From an uncultured Candidatus Saccharibacteria bacterium (GTDB taxonomy: Bacteria; Patescibacteriota; Minisyncoccia; Phycocordibacterales; UBA9973), in the NCBI GenBank assembly GCA_964610995.1, contig CAZSWF010000002.1, positions 6,338 through 70,337 of the forward strand: DNA of 64,000 nt. The letters are read 5' to 3'. The translations under genes were made by a program, and so were the position numbers. Within the stretch, counting starts at the first letter, position 1. Each line of letters opens with the position of its first letter. This document shows, piece by piece, positions 29,189 through 38,804 of this stretch. The notes under the pieces were generated by a model. That model was not told the origin of the DNA. It saw only the letters and a program-made list of their open reading frames with translations, and ran no database searches.

Positions 29189-29626
29189 TTAAAACTTACT
29201 CAGTCTTCTGACATGTCGCTCATCATTGGTAAATGCTGTCGCAAGCCATAGAGTGACTGCTTGCACAGATTCTTGGGGTGTTATAAACCGTGCGCCGAGT
29301 GAGAGCATGTTTGCCCCGTTGTGCTCACGTGAAAGCGTGAGTATGTCCGTCGGACCTCCGTAGTAGACTGCACAACGCACACCAGATACACGGTTGGCAC
29401 ACATTGCCTCCCCTTGCCCACTACCTCCAAAGATTACACCCATCGCATCAGGGTCAGTAGCTACAGCTTGGGCACACGGGAGCACATAGTCTGGATAGTC
29501 ATCCCCTTCCATCAGCTCGGTCGCACCATGATCCACGACCTCCACACCTTCTTGCCCAAGCAAGAATTCTTTTAGTGCTTCTTTGTGTGCGTATCCTGCG
29601 TGATCGGTAGCGAGATGGATAATCAT
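29189..29626 (-). CDS. rpiB: ribose-5-phosphate isomerase B
   Basis: MIIHLATDHAGY, GSGQGEAMCANRVSGVRCA and SREHNGANMLSLGARF match RpiB/LacAB. Confidence 0.85.
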   Translation of the reverse strand: MIIHLATDHAGYAHKEALKEFLLGQEGVEVVDHGATELMEGDDYPDYVLPCAQAVATDPDAMGVIFGGSGQGEAMCANRVSGVRCAVYYGGPTDILTLSREHNGANMLSLGARFITPQESVQAVTLWLATAFTNDERHVRRLSKF

Positions 29627-29674
29627 GACCCTAGTATAGCAAAAAGTCCCCGATCTGGGGACTTCGCCAAAACC

Positions 29675-30334
29675 TTATCGAACCGGTACTACGATTGACA
29701 CTTCGATCGTCTCATTTGCAAATGCCTGGCTAATGCCGAAGTCTTTGAGGTTGAGAGTGAAGGTGCTCTTGTAGGATTTGGTATACGCCATACGTACATT
29801 TGCTGCAGGGACCACTTCTGTGTAGGTAACTGGGAAGCTAATAGTTTTCTTTACTCCATGGAGTGTGAGGTCGCCAGTCATGACAAACTTTCCTTGTGCT
29901 GCGTCAGTCATGTCCCATTTTGTAGGAGTAAATGTTGCAGTCGGATACTTGGCCGTGTCAAAGAAGTCTGCTGTCTTGAGATGTGCAGTCACCTTTTCAT
30001 TGTCGGTCGTGAGGGAGTTGACATCGATCACCGCAGATCCACTAAATGCGCCGTCTTTGTATGAGAGTGTAGAAGTCACCTTGCCAAATGCGCCAGTATG
30101 CTCTTTACCTGGACCGAAACCTTTGAACGATATAGTGACAAGGTCGTTGGCAACGACAACTGTTTGCTCTTGGGTACCACCAGCTGCAGGGTTGGCTACT
30201 ATATCAGTAGGTGTGTCTGTAGTCGTATCTCCTACTGTTGCTGCAGGAGTCGCTGGATCAGGCTTGGTCTGTATCGCCTGCCATCCGAGGTAGCCGAGTA
30301 CTGCGATGATGATAAGAATAAAAAATGTTTTCAT
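29675..30334 (-). CDS. YceI-like periplasmic protein
   Basis: Signal/TM segment, then FKGFGPGKEHTGAFGKVTSTL...TADFFDTAKYPTATF...GDLTLHGV is the YceI family pattern. Confidence 0.7.
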   Translation of the reverse strand: MKTFFILIIIAVLGYLGWQAIQTKPDPATPAATVGDTTTDTPTDIVANPAAGGTQEQTVVVANDLVTISFKGFGPGKEHTGAFGKVTSTLSYKDGAFSGSAVIDVNSLTTDNEKVTAHLKTADFFDTAKYPTATFTPTKWDMTDAAQGKFVMTGDLTLHGVKKTISFPVTYTEVVPAANVRMAYTKSYKSTFTLNLKDFGISQAFANETIEVSIVVPVR

Positions 30335-30346
30335 AAAAAATAAAAA

Positions 30347-31375
30347 TTATTGAGTAATTGTGTTACCTGTTTTAATAACATGATCCACAAGCGTATACGT
30401 ATACCCCATCTCATTGTCGTACCATCCCATGACTTTCACGAGGTTGCCACCGACGACGCGAGTCATTTCGAGATCTGCTATGGACGCGTGGCGGTTGCCG
30501 AGGATGTCGCTCGACACAAGTGGTTCGTTGGTCACTGCAAAAATATTTTTCCATCGTGGATCTGCTGCTGCCTTGGTGAGGATGTCGTTTACCTCTGCCG
30601 CAGTTGTATCCTTTTTACTAATAAATGTGACGTCGACGATCGAGCCTGCAGGTACTGGTACGCGGATAGAGATACCATCGAACTTGTCGGTGAGCTCCGG
30701 GTACGCCTTGGTCACTGCGATGGCTGCACCAGTCGATGACGGGACGATGTTTTGCGCAGCGGCGCGGCCTTCACGCAAGTCTTTCTTGCTCGGACCATCG
30801 ACGAGTGACTGTGATGCGGTGTAGCCATGGACGGTGTTGAGGATCGCCTTTTCGATACCGAGTGCGTCGTGGAGGATACCGATCAGTGGAGACGCGGCGT
30901 TGGTGGTACACGATGCATTGCTGGTGATGTCGCATGTGCCAAACTTTTCTTCGTTGACACCGAGCAGTATGGTCTCACCAGGAAATGATCCATCACCCTT
31001 GGATGGTGCAGAGATCACGACCTTTTTTGCACCTTGGTCGAGGTGGAACTTCGCCTTTTCGTATGCGGTAAAGAGTCCTGTGGACTCGACGACGACGTCT
31101 ACTCCGAGATCCTTCCATGGGAGTTTCGTAGTGTCTTTTTCGGAAATGAATTTGATAGTCTTGCCGTCAATCGTAAGGTCGGTACCACTGACCTGTACAT
31201 CGTGTCCCCAGTCTCGATAGACCGTGTCGTGTCGGAGGAGGTACGCGAGGCTCTCGATGGAGCCGAGGTCGTTGACTGCGACTATCTCGATCTCGGGTCG
31301 CATCCATGCGACCTTGAGAAATGCTCGACCAATGCGCCCGAAACCGTTGATAGCTACTTTGATTGTTTTATCCAT
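30347..31375 (-). CDS. gap: glyceraldehyde-3-phosphate dehydrogenase
   Basis: INGFGRIGR, SNASCTTNAASP and WYDNEMGYT. Confidence 0.9.
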   Translation of the reverse strand: MDKTIKVAINGFGRIGRAFLKVAWMRPEIEIVAVNDLGSIESLAYLLRHDTVYRDWGHDVQVSGTDLTIDGKTIKFISEKDTTKLPWKDLGVDVVVESTGLFTAYEKAKFHLDQGAKKVVISAPSKGDGSFPGETILLGVNEEKFGTCDITSNASCTTNAASPLIGILHDALGIEKAILNTVHGYTASQSLVDGPSKKDLREGRAAAQNIVPSSTGAAIAVTKAYPELTDKFDGISIRVPVPAGSIVDVTFISKKDTTAAEVNDILTKAAADPRWKNIFAVTNEPLVSSDILGNRHASIADLEMTRVVGGNLVKVMGWYDNEMGYTYTLVDHVIKTGNTITQ

Positions 31376-31467
31376 GATCTAGAGTATAGCAGAAATAAAA
31401 AAAGCGCTTCTTTAGAAAAAGATGCGCTCGTTTACCCAAAACTCTGCCAAAAACGGCATTACTTGCA

Positions 31468-32844
31468 TTAAATCATTTCTTTGAGTATTTGCAAGGTGAG
31501 CGCTGGGTTTGCTGCGCCTTTGGTAGCTTTCATCACTTGCCCCACTAGGCCTTGGAGCGCTGCTTCCTTTCCAAACTTATAGTCTGCAACTATCTTTTCA
31601 TTGTCTTTGATGACTTGCTCAATGATAGGCTTGAGATCATCGGCATTGTTTTGCTGGAGCAATCCTTTTTCTTTTGCAATACTTTCTGGATCTCCACCAT
31701 GCTCTATCAATGTTGCAATTATGGTTTTACCCGCAGTAGACGTCACCACACCATCTCCAATCATATCGATCGCCTTGCCGAAGTTTGTAACATCAGTTTT
31801 TCCAATATCTGCCCCGACAACACTCGAAACTATGTAGTTTGCTTTGAGTTCTGGATACTTGGTCGGGATTGCTTCAAACATTTTTTTGCGTTCTATGTCT
31901 TGGACGAATATCTCGATGAGTTCTGGATTTTTAATACTTTCTTTAAGCTTTTCTCTCGCTTGCCACGGCAGTTCCGGCAATTCTTTTTTCATTACATCGA
32001 GATCAAATGCACTATGGAGCTGCATTTTCGGTAGATCTGGATCTGGGAAGTACCGATAGTCATTCGCATTTTCTTTGGAGCGCTGACTAAAGGTGCTCTG
32101 TTTGTTCTCGTCCCATCCACGTGTCTCCTGCACGATTTCATCTTGTCGACCTGCTTCGTAGAGTGCTTGCATACGTGCAAGTTCGTATTCGATAGCTTTT
32201 TCGACACTTTTAAATGAGTTGAGGTTTTTGACTTCTACCTTGGTCCCAAATGTGTTTGGGTCATCAGAGAGAGAAATGTTGGGCTCAACACGCATTTCAC
32301 CTTTTTCGAGATTGGCTTCGGATACACCAAGCGTACGGAGAAGAAGCTGCAACTCTTTTGCAAAATCTGCAGCATCCTTTGCAGAGTGAATGACTGGCTC
32401 AGTGACAAGCTCCATCAGCGGCACCCCTGCGCGGTTGTAGTCGACGAGCGTGAAGTCTCCTCTGTCATGTTTGGACAGTCCAGTGTCTTCTTCAAGGTGG
32501 ACACGTGTGATCGCAAAACCTTTTAGTGTCCCTCCTGACACGATCGGGTACTTGTACTGAGAGATCTGATAGCCCTTGGGGATGTCGGGATAGAAATAGT
32601 TTTTGCGGTCAAACTCTGAGAAGTCTGCGATCTCTGACCCGAGCGCGAGACCGACTTGGATCACCTTTTTGATCGCGTCATGGTTTGCCACTGGCAATGT
32701 CCCTGGGTGTGCCATACATATGGGGCAAATGTTTACATTTGGGCGAGTCTCGTCTGGGTCATTTTTGCACCCACAAAACATTTTGCTCTGGGTCGCAAGC
32801 TCTGCATGTATTTCGAGCCCTATCGTCGGGTAGTACTGCTTCAT
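31468..32844 (-). CDS. gatB: Asp/Glu-tRNA amidotransferase subunit B
   Basis: MKQYYPTIGLEIHAEL...KMFCGC...PICMAHPGTLP N-terminus and a C-terminal GatB/YqeY domain. Confidence 0.85.
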   Translation of the reverse strand: MKQYYPTIGLEIHAELATQSKMFCGCKNDPDETRPNVNICPICMAHPGTLPVANHDAIKKVIQVGLALGSEIADFSEFDRKNYFYPDIPKGYQISQYKYPIVSGGTLKGFAITRVHLEEDTGLSKHDRGDFTLVDYNRAGVPLMELVTEPVIHSAKDAADFAKELQLLLRTLGVSEANLEKGEMRVEPNISLSDDPNTFGTKVEVKNLNSFKSVEKAIEYELARMQALYEAGRQDEIVQETRGWDENKQSTFSQRSKENANDYRYFPDPDLPKMQLHSAFDLDVMKKELPELPWQAREKLKESIKNPELIEIFVQDIERKKMFEAIPTKYPELKANYIVSSVVGADIGKTDVTNFGKAIDMIGDGVVTSTAGKTIIATLIEHGGDPESIAKEKGLLQQNNADDLKPIIEQVIKDNEKIVADYKFGKEAALQGLVGQVMKATKGAANPALTLQILKEMI

Positions 32845-32939
32845 AGGCACCCAGTATACCACAGTCCCCTTCCCTACTTGACATTTGGTGGAATATTGGT
32901 AGTATAAGGAAAAATATTCACAATTTAAAAAATACTACT

Positions 32940-33767
32940 ATGCCACTATCAAAAGATGTAGATGTCAAAGCCAGAGAGTTTATAACAAATGGAAAAGGTT
33001 CAGGTCTCGACAGATTTGAACGTAATTCTTTTTTGAATAGCTTAAGTGACGAAGAAGTCAATTTTTTAATGACCAACGCTGAACAGCTCAATGGTGACAT
33101 TAAAAAATATCTTGCGTTAACAAACGAAGATGATCGTAAAAAAGCACTGATCGAGCTACAAGAAAAAATTAATGCATCAAAAAAAGTTGCTGACCACCAA
33201 CCTGTTCCCCAAATCTCGAAAAAAGATGAATCGGTTGCCAAAAAAGACATCAAGGCCGATCTCAACACACGCCGCTTACTGATTGACTTTGCTGCGATAG
33301 TGTTCGATGTTCAACCAGAAAGTAATACACTTCCTGACGTATTAGCAAAGGTAAGAGAACGTCATCAGGCATTTTGCAACAAAGCCTCTTCTTTTCTGGA
33401 ACACATCGCACCGGGAAGTACCGCCATAAAAGCAGCGGTTGAAGGACACGGTACAGTGCAACTTTTTGCAAACTTTTTTGGTATTCAGCCACCGGTTGAC
33501 TCGATCAATGAATCCAGTGAGCTGGGCGCCCTGACGACAGTGTGGGTAAACACCTACAAAAAAGAATGGGCTGGCACAAATGCAGAAATGTCTGATGCAG
33601 ATCGGATACTTCGTTTCGAAGAAAAAAAGAAACGGATTATTGAAAAAACTGCTGATGAAATAGCTGCTTTTGCTGGCTACGAATCCAAAGAAGATCTGAT
33701 CAAAGAATTGACCGACATCTTTAAGACTGCGGTCGATATCATCAAAGAGCATGTTACGTCTCGGTAA
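32940..33767 (+). CDS. hypothetical protein (AT-rich gene)
   Basis: 275 aa, helical and charged, with no TM segment and no recognised motif. Confidence 0.4.
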   Translation: MPLSKDVDVKAREFITNGKGSGLDRFERNSFLNSLSDEEVNFLMTNAEQLNGDIKKYLALTNEDDRKKALIELQEKINASKKVADHQPVPQISKKDESVAKKDIKADLNTRRLLIDFAAIVFDVQPESNTLPDVLAKVRERHQAFCNKASSFLEHIAPGSTAIKAAVEGHGTVQLFANFFGIQPPVDSINESSELGALTTVWVNTYKKEWAGTNAEMSDADRILRFEEKKKRIIEKTADEIAAFAGYESKEDLIKELTDIFKTAVDIIKEHVTSR

Positions 33768-33785
33768 AGCGATTGCCCGAGAACG

Positions 33786-33813
33786 ACCGTCCTTATCTAA
33801 GGACGGTTTTTTT
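33786..33813 (+). terminator. rho-independent terminator
   Basis: ACCGTCCTT-atct-AAGGACGGT followed by TTTTTTT. Confidence 0.7.
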
Positions 33814-33899
33814 ATTCCCCTATTGACGAAAATCGTAAAAAGAGTAGAATAAAGGAAACAACAACCCATTCTTTCACCTTTTAACCCCTCCTAGTTTTT

Positions 33900-34106
33900 A
33901 TGGCTAAAAAATCGTCACCAAAACCGATTAAAAAGTATGGCCCTTTGTGCCAGGAATTACTCCTGAGTGCACTTGAGTCAAAGTTTAGAAGAATGTTTTC
34001 TGAAGAAAACCCTGTAGAACAATCGAAACAATTGTTTACAAAAAAGAGAACTGATTTCAACTATGACATGAGTCGCCTGTCAAATGTGCGCCTTGGAATT
34101 CATTAA
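33900..34106 (+). CDS. hypothetical small basic protein
   Basis: 68 aa, Lys-rich, and followed by a hairpin terminator. Confidence 0.3.
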   Translation: MAKKSSPKPIKKYGPLCQELLLSALESKFRRMFSEENPVEQSKQLFTKKRTDFNYDMSRLSNVRLGIH

Positions 34107-34136
34107 TTACAATGATTTTTAGCTCTTAAAATTTTA

Positions 34137-34167
34137 CCCCGGTATTGCCGGGGTTTAATTTATTTTT
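34137..34167. terminator. hairpin terminator (plus-strand; possibly bidirectional)
   Basis: CCCCGG-tattg-CCGGGG followed by TTTAATTTATTTTT. It lies 7 nt downstream of the obg stop on the other strand. Confidence 0.5.
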
Positions 34168-35131
34168 GGAGAAACTTCACGAGCTCGTCTTTAAAGCCTT
34201 TTACTACTCCTTCATCAAAGAGCGTCACGACGTACACTTTTTTACCCAGCGCTTCAAACTTCTGTTTCATTGCGGTGATCGTTGCTTCATCTACAACGTC
34301 TGTTTTTGTAAGCAAAATAATTTCTTCTTTTTCATCGAGTCCATTGCCATACTTGGCAAGCTCTGCACGAATAGTGTCATAACTTTTCATCATGTTCATA
34401 CCATTTTCAAATGACACGAGGTGCAGCAGTACCTTGGTGCGAGAAATGTGTCGGAGGAACTTGTGTCCCAGACCCTTGCCTTCACTTGCGCCTTCGATGA
34501 TACCAGGGATGTCTGCAATGATGTATCCGTAGAGATCGCCCAGGTTGGGATCGAGTGTCGTAAATGCATAATCACCCACTTTGGCTTGCGCGTTGGTCAG
34601 TGCGTTGAGCAGTGAGCTCTTGCCCGCGTTGGGGAAGCCTACGAGTCCGACATCTGCAATGAGCGATACCTCGATGTGTAGCTGCGCTGCTTCGCCTGGT
34701 TTGCCAAGCGTTGATTCGGTCGGTGTCTGGTTCGTAGAAGCTTTGAAGTGTTCGTTGCCGTGTCCACCAGTGCCACCGTGAAGTATTTCTATTTCTTCGT
34801 TCTCTCGCGTGAGGTCGTACTTGATATCGGTATCGATGTTGGTTATTGTGGAACCGATCGGAAACTCGAGGTACAGATCTGCACCGTTGCCACCCTTGAG
34901 CGAGCGACTACCCCCTTCTTGTCCATCTTCTGCAGCGTACTCTTTCTTGCCTTTGTAGAGGTCGAGCACACGTAGACTACGCACTGCACGTATATATACG
35001 TTGCCACCACGGCCACCGTCGCCCCCTGCCGGTCCACCCTTGGGGATAAACTTCTCCTGTCTCCAACGAACGACTCCGTCGCCTCCCTTACCCGCTGCTG
35101 CATGAATTGTGATTTCGTCGAGAAATGCCAT
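34160..35131 (-). CDS. obg: GTPase Obg/CgtA
   Basis: N-terminal Gly-rich Obg fold (GGDGGRGG), G1 GFPNAGKSSL, and DIPGIIEGAS. Confidence 0.9.
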   Translation of the reverse strand: MAFLDEITIHAAAGKGGDGVVRWRQEKFIPKGGPAGGDGGRGGNVYIRAVRSLRVLDLYKGKKEYAAEDGQEGGSRSLKGGNGADLYLEFPIGSTITNIDTDIKYDLTRENEEIEILHGGTGGHGNEHFKASTNQTPTESTLGKPGEAAQLHIEVSLIADVGLVGFPNAGKSSLLNALTNAQAKVGDYAFTTLDPNLGDLYGYIIADIPGIIEGASEGKGLGHKFLRHISRTKVLLHLVSFENGMNMMKSYDTIRAELAKYGNGLDEKEEIILLTKTDVVDEATITAMKQKFEALGKKVYVVTLFDEGVVKGFKDELVKFLQK

Positions 35132-35135
35132 ATGT

Positions 35136-36020
35136 CTATGACTCTACCGCACTTTGCGCCAATGCCCAAGCCCCTTCTTTGGTGCGAGCCACTGCAATGA
35201 ACCCTTCGTTGTGGCAAAAGACTGCGTCGAGCACACCAGTCACTGTTGCAAATTCTTGATCACGAAGCCCTTTCCATGTATCAGGAAGTGATTTGCGTAC
35301 TGCAAATTCTGCAGGAATTTGGCGGACAGCCTTGACGCTCCACTTGCCATCGGTGCGTTGATAGATAACAAACAAGGGTTCTGGATGTCGTGCCATCACT
35401 TCATACCACCCAGGATACTCAGTCCCGATGTCGACGATGCGTTTGTCTGCTGCCTGATCATATGCGCGTTCGAGCAAGTGCTCAGCATTTTTAAAACTAG
35501 TCGCATGCGCAACAAGTCGAGTGATGATCATACGAGCAAATGATACTGCCTCGAGAAATGCATCAAACAAACTTTTGTCTTCTTGCCAAGTCGGACGAAA
35601 TGCAGTGATTGTATCAATAATCGAATACATGTAGACACCCTTGTCAGCGACTCGATCGATCACTCCAGTGTCAGCACCATCAATACCTTGCACGAGCTGC
35701 TCATCGATGAACGCTGCATTCTCTACACTCCCTGCGACCATGTGTCCGTACTCTTTCCATACGAGTCCAAATGATGCATACGGTATACCGTTGTCTCGAG
35801 CACCTGCACCACCCTTTTGGTGATGATCAAATCGTCCTGTCGCTGGGTCATATACACCCCCGACATCAAACACGATACCTCCTCGCGCTATGTCTCGTTC
35901 ATCGCGTGATCGAACGATCTCTATGTCTTGGTCTTTGAACACGAGCGATAGCGTCGCACACGCAAAGACGTCGTCGGTGTGAAATGTACCGTCATGAGTT
36001 ACGAGTGTCAGCTTTTTCAT
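35136..36020 (-). CDS. MYG1/UPF0160 family metal-dependent hydrolase
   Basis: LVTHDGTFHTDDVFACA N-terminal signature and HH..G motifs of the UPF0160 family. Confidence 0.7.
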   Translation of the reverse strand: MKKLTLVTHDGTFHTDDVFACATLSLVFKDQDIEIVRSRDERDIARGGIVFDVGGVYDPATGRFDHHQKGGAGARDNGIPYASFGLVWKEYGHMVAGSVENAAFIDEQLVQGIDGADTGVIDRVADKGVYMYSIIDTITAFRPTWQEDKSLFDAFLEAVSFARMIITRLVAHATSFKNAEHLLERAYDQAADKRIVDIGTEYPGWYEVMARHPEPLFVIYQRTDGKWSVKAVRQIPAEFAVRKSLPDTWKGLRDQEFATVTGVLDAVFCHNEGFIAVARTKEGAWALAQSAVES

Positions 36021-36025
36021 AGTAG

Positions 36026-36361
36026 TTAGTCGTTGACGAAATGACTGACGATCCAGTTGATGATCGAGATCACGAGCGCGCCGACTACCGCTGCGGTGAA
36101 CGATGCAACCGTAAATCCACTAATGATCTGCGCCACAAACCAGAAAAATACTCCGTTGAGTACGATAGAGAAAAGTCCGAGCGTGAGAATGTTGATCGGG
36201 AGCGTGAGTATGGTCACGATCGGCTTGATCACCATGTTGATAAAGACGAGACATGCAGAAACGATAAGTGCGGTAACGATCGACTGTACTGCTACCCCAT
36301 CCACAAAGTATGGCAGTGCAAATACAGCGAGCGTCGTGATGAACCAGCGAAGTAATATCAT
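36026..36361 (-). CDS. DUF360/phage-holin-4-like membrane protein
   Basis: 111 aa with 3-4 TM segments. NMVIKPIVTILTLPINILTLGLFSIVLN matches the YvlD/holin_4_2 pattern. Confidence 0.6.
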   Translation of the reverse strand: MILLRWFITTLAVFALPYFVDGVAVQSIVTALIVSACLVFINMVIKPIVTILTLPINILTLGLFSIVLNGVFFWFVAQIISGFTVASFTAAVVGALVISIINWIVSHFVND

Positions 36362-36374
36362 AGGGATAAGTATA

Positions 36375-36827
36375 TTATAGAAATAGATCTTCGACTACCT
36401 TTTTCACCAGTACACCATCTGCGTTGCCTGCGCACTCTTTCATCACTGCACCGACGAGTATGCCGAGTTTGCTCGTGTCGGTCACACCGAGCTCTGCTTT
36501 TTTCTTTTCAGCGATTGCCTTGATATCAGCCTCACTCATTTGTGCTGGCATAAAGACTTCGAGAAGTGCGAGCTGCGCGCGATCTGCGTCTGCGAGATCG
36601 GTACGTCCTGCACCGTCAAACTGAGCGATCGCATCTTTGCGTTGCTTGATCGTTTTCTTGATCACAGAGAGCGCGATGTCGTCAGAGACTTCGTCTTGTG
36701 GAGTTTTGCCCGCAGCTACTAGCTCGTTGGTAAATGCAGTAATGAGCCCGCGATAGGTATCGAGCGCAGTCTGGTCCTTGGCACGCATAGCATCTTTGAG
36801 TTTTTCACGGATGTCGGTGGAAATCAT
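36375..36827 (-). CDS. GatB/YqeY domain protein
   Basis: LKDAMRAKDQTALDTYRGL...IKKTIKQRKDAIAQFDGAGRTDLADAD...VMKECAGNADGVLV is the YqeY family pattern. Confidence 0.75.
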   Translation of the reverse strand: MISTDIREKLKDAMRAKDQTALDTYRGLITAFTNELVAAGKTPQDEVSDDIALSVIKKTIKQRKDAIAQFDGAGRTDLADADRAQLALLEVFMPAQMSEADIKAIAEKKKAELGVTDTSKLGILVGAVMKECAGNADGVLVKKVVEDLFL

Positions 36828-36916
36828 AGAGAAAGTATAGCAGAAAATAACCTCAATCTTTTATTTGACTTATATCTTATATATGATATAATGTAGATAA
36901 ATTTAAACGTACAGTT

Positions 36917-37435
36917 ATGTCACTTATTCAGTTCCTTGAAATAGTGATTTCTCTTCTATTGTTTAGCAATAAATTATTAGTATTGATCGATAAAAAAAGT
37001 GGTTGGGTAATAGGTGCCATTGGGTGCTTCATTGCAATGTGGTATCTCTATCTTCTCAAGTTGTATGTATTCACAATCCTTGAAATTGGACTAATAGTAC
37101 TCATGCTGTACGGCTATTTAGCTGGTAAAGAAAAGAAAGATTCTGTTGAAAGAATGATTATCGCTTTTCTTATCTTAGTTATGGCAAGTCTGACTTATTT
37201 CTTATTTGAAGGATCAATCACTACATATCAATTTATTGGAGGAATAGCACTAACTATTGGTACCTATTATTTGACTCATGGTAAAGCTATTACTGGATGG
37301 ATACTGTATTGTATTGGACATATAGTAACAGCATACCTTGGGTATCAAAAGCACCAATTATTTTTTGCTGATTTTCAAATCGCTTCCGCTATTGTTTCTA
37401 TCATTGCTATTATAAAAATTAGAAGAAAACACTAA
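36917..37435 (+). CDS. hypothetical polytopic membrane protein (AT-rich; possible PnuC-like)
   Basis: 172 aa, about 5 TM segments, Trp/Tyr/Gly-rich loops, and a strong AT bias. The PnuC-like assignment is tentative. Confidence 0.35.
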   Translation: MSLIQFLEIVISLLLFSNKLLVLIDKKSGWVIGAIGCFIAMWYLYLLKLYVFTILEIGLIVLMLYGYLAGKEKKDSVERMIIAFLILVMASLTYFLFEGSITTYQFIGGIALTIGTYYLTHGKAITGWILYCIGHIVTAYLGYQKHQLFFADFQIASAIVSIIAIIKIRRKH

Positions 37436-37493
37436 CTTTTGGGCTCCTCACAATATGTGATGGAGCCTTTTGTTTTTATGGTAAAATCATTCT

Positions 37494-38210
37494 ATGAAAA
37501 TCTACTTTTTCGATACCGAAACTACAGGCAACACGCATGACGATCGGTTGTGTCAGCTCGCGGTCAAGGAGCACGGCGTGGCGGAACCATTGATCAATGA
37601 GCTATTCAAGCCACCGATTTCTATCCCATATGAAGCAAGTGCGGTCCATCACATCACCAACAAAATGGTTGTGGACAAGCCTTCATTTGCGTCCTCTACA
37701 CGCTACGCTGAGATCAAGGCACTGTTTGAGTCCCCCGACACTATCGTGGTCGCACACAATGCATCGTTTGATGTGGGGATGCTTGTACCAGAAGGCATCA
37801 ACCCGACCAACGTCATCTGTACGTACAAAACTATCCATGCACTCGATGGGCATGGCGAGTTTGCCCAGCACAAGCTCCAGTACCTACGCTACGCGCTCGA
37901 CATGGAGCTCGATGTCCCTGCACACGACGCATTTGCCGACGTACTCGTGCTCGAAGGACTCTTTGACTACCTCCTCGCTCGTTTAGTAAAAAGTGGTAAG
38001 ACAGAAGCAGAAGCACTCACAGAAATGATGCGTATCAGTAGCGAGCCGATGTTTATGCGAGAGTTCACCTTTGGCAAGCATAAAGGTATGCGCGTCGAGG
38101 ACGTCGCACATGTCGATCCTGGGTATCTGTCATGGCTTCTATCTGAGAAAATGAAAAACCCTGCAGGTGAAGAGGACTGGATCTATACGCTCCAGAAGTT
38201 TGTGAAGTAA
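37494..38210 (+). CDS. DEDDh 3'-5' exonuclease (DnaQ-like) with ExoX-like C-terminal domain
   Basis: FFDTETTG (Exo I), AHNASFDVGML (Exo II), HDAFADV (Exo III), and a C-terminal FGKHKGMRVEDVAHVDPGYLSWLL. Confidence 0.75.
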   Translation: MKIYFFDTETTGNTHDDRLCQLAVKEHGVAEPLINELFKPPISIPYEASAVHHITNKMVVDKPSFASSTRYAEIKALFESPDTIVVAHNASFDVGMLVPEGINPTNVICTYKTIHALDGHGEFAQHKLQYLRYALDMELDVPAHDAFADVLVLEGLFDYLLARLVKSGKTEAEALTEMMRISSEPMFMREFTFGKHKGMRVEDVAHVDPGYLSWLLSEKMKNPAGEEDWIYTLQKFVK

Positions 38211-38259
38211 ATTGACTTTGTTAAAAAATAGTGTAAAATGCTGAAAAACAATTTACATT

Positions 38260-38751
38260 ATGCCAAAAGTTCTTGTGAGATTTCATCTCAAAAATAATCG
38301 CGACTGTGATAATGGCACCCTTATCACTGGTACCACTGAAGTAGGACACATCCTAAACAGCTACAAAAACAACAACATTCATGCGGTTGGAAATCTGATT
38401 GATATGTACTTCCTTTGTGAAAACATTATCAGCGAAAGAAATGATCTCCCTCCTGAAGGTATCCGGTTCACTTTTTTAAATCCTTTTACACCAAAAGATT
38501 TGCGTGGACTAAAACTAGAAGTACTAACTCTACCCCACAAAAAGGACTTCGTTGTACGTGCATTAGGTGTCCCTATTGAGTACATGTCCAAAGAAATGAA
38601 AACTGTTTTATTTGGACAAGATGACGTACGAAAGCATTTCGGAACAATGCTCTGGCAAGCTGAAAAGCTTGTAGCAGAACATTTCAAAAAAGACCCCATT
38701 CTCAAAGATGACGTAATCCAATTTATGGTGAATCATTTTGAGATCAGTTAA
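38260..38751 (+). CDS. hypothetical protein (AT-rich)
   Basis: 163-aa ORF with no known motif, followed by a strong terminator. Confidence 0.35.
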   Translation: MPKVLVRFHLKNNRDCDNGTLITGTTEVGHILNSYKNNNIHAVGNLIDMYFLCENIISERNDLPPEGIRFTFLNPFTPKDLRGLKLEVLTLPHKKDFVVRALGVPIEYMSKEMKTVLFGQDDVRKHFGTMLWQAEKLVAEHFKKDPILKDDVIQFMVNHFEIS

Positions 38752-38756
38752 GTACC

Positions 38757-38784
38757 AGCCGGACCTCACCAGTCCGGCTTTTTT
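38757..38784 (+). terminator. rho-independent terminator
   Basis: AGCCGGAC-ctcacca-GTCCGGCT followed by TTTTTT. Confidence 0.75.
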
Positions 38785-38804
38785 GCGCATGGTACAATCG
38801 TGGT

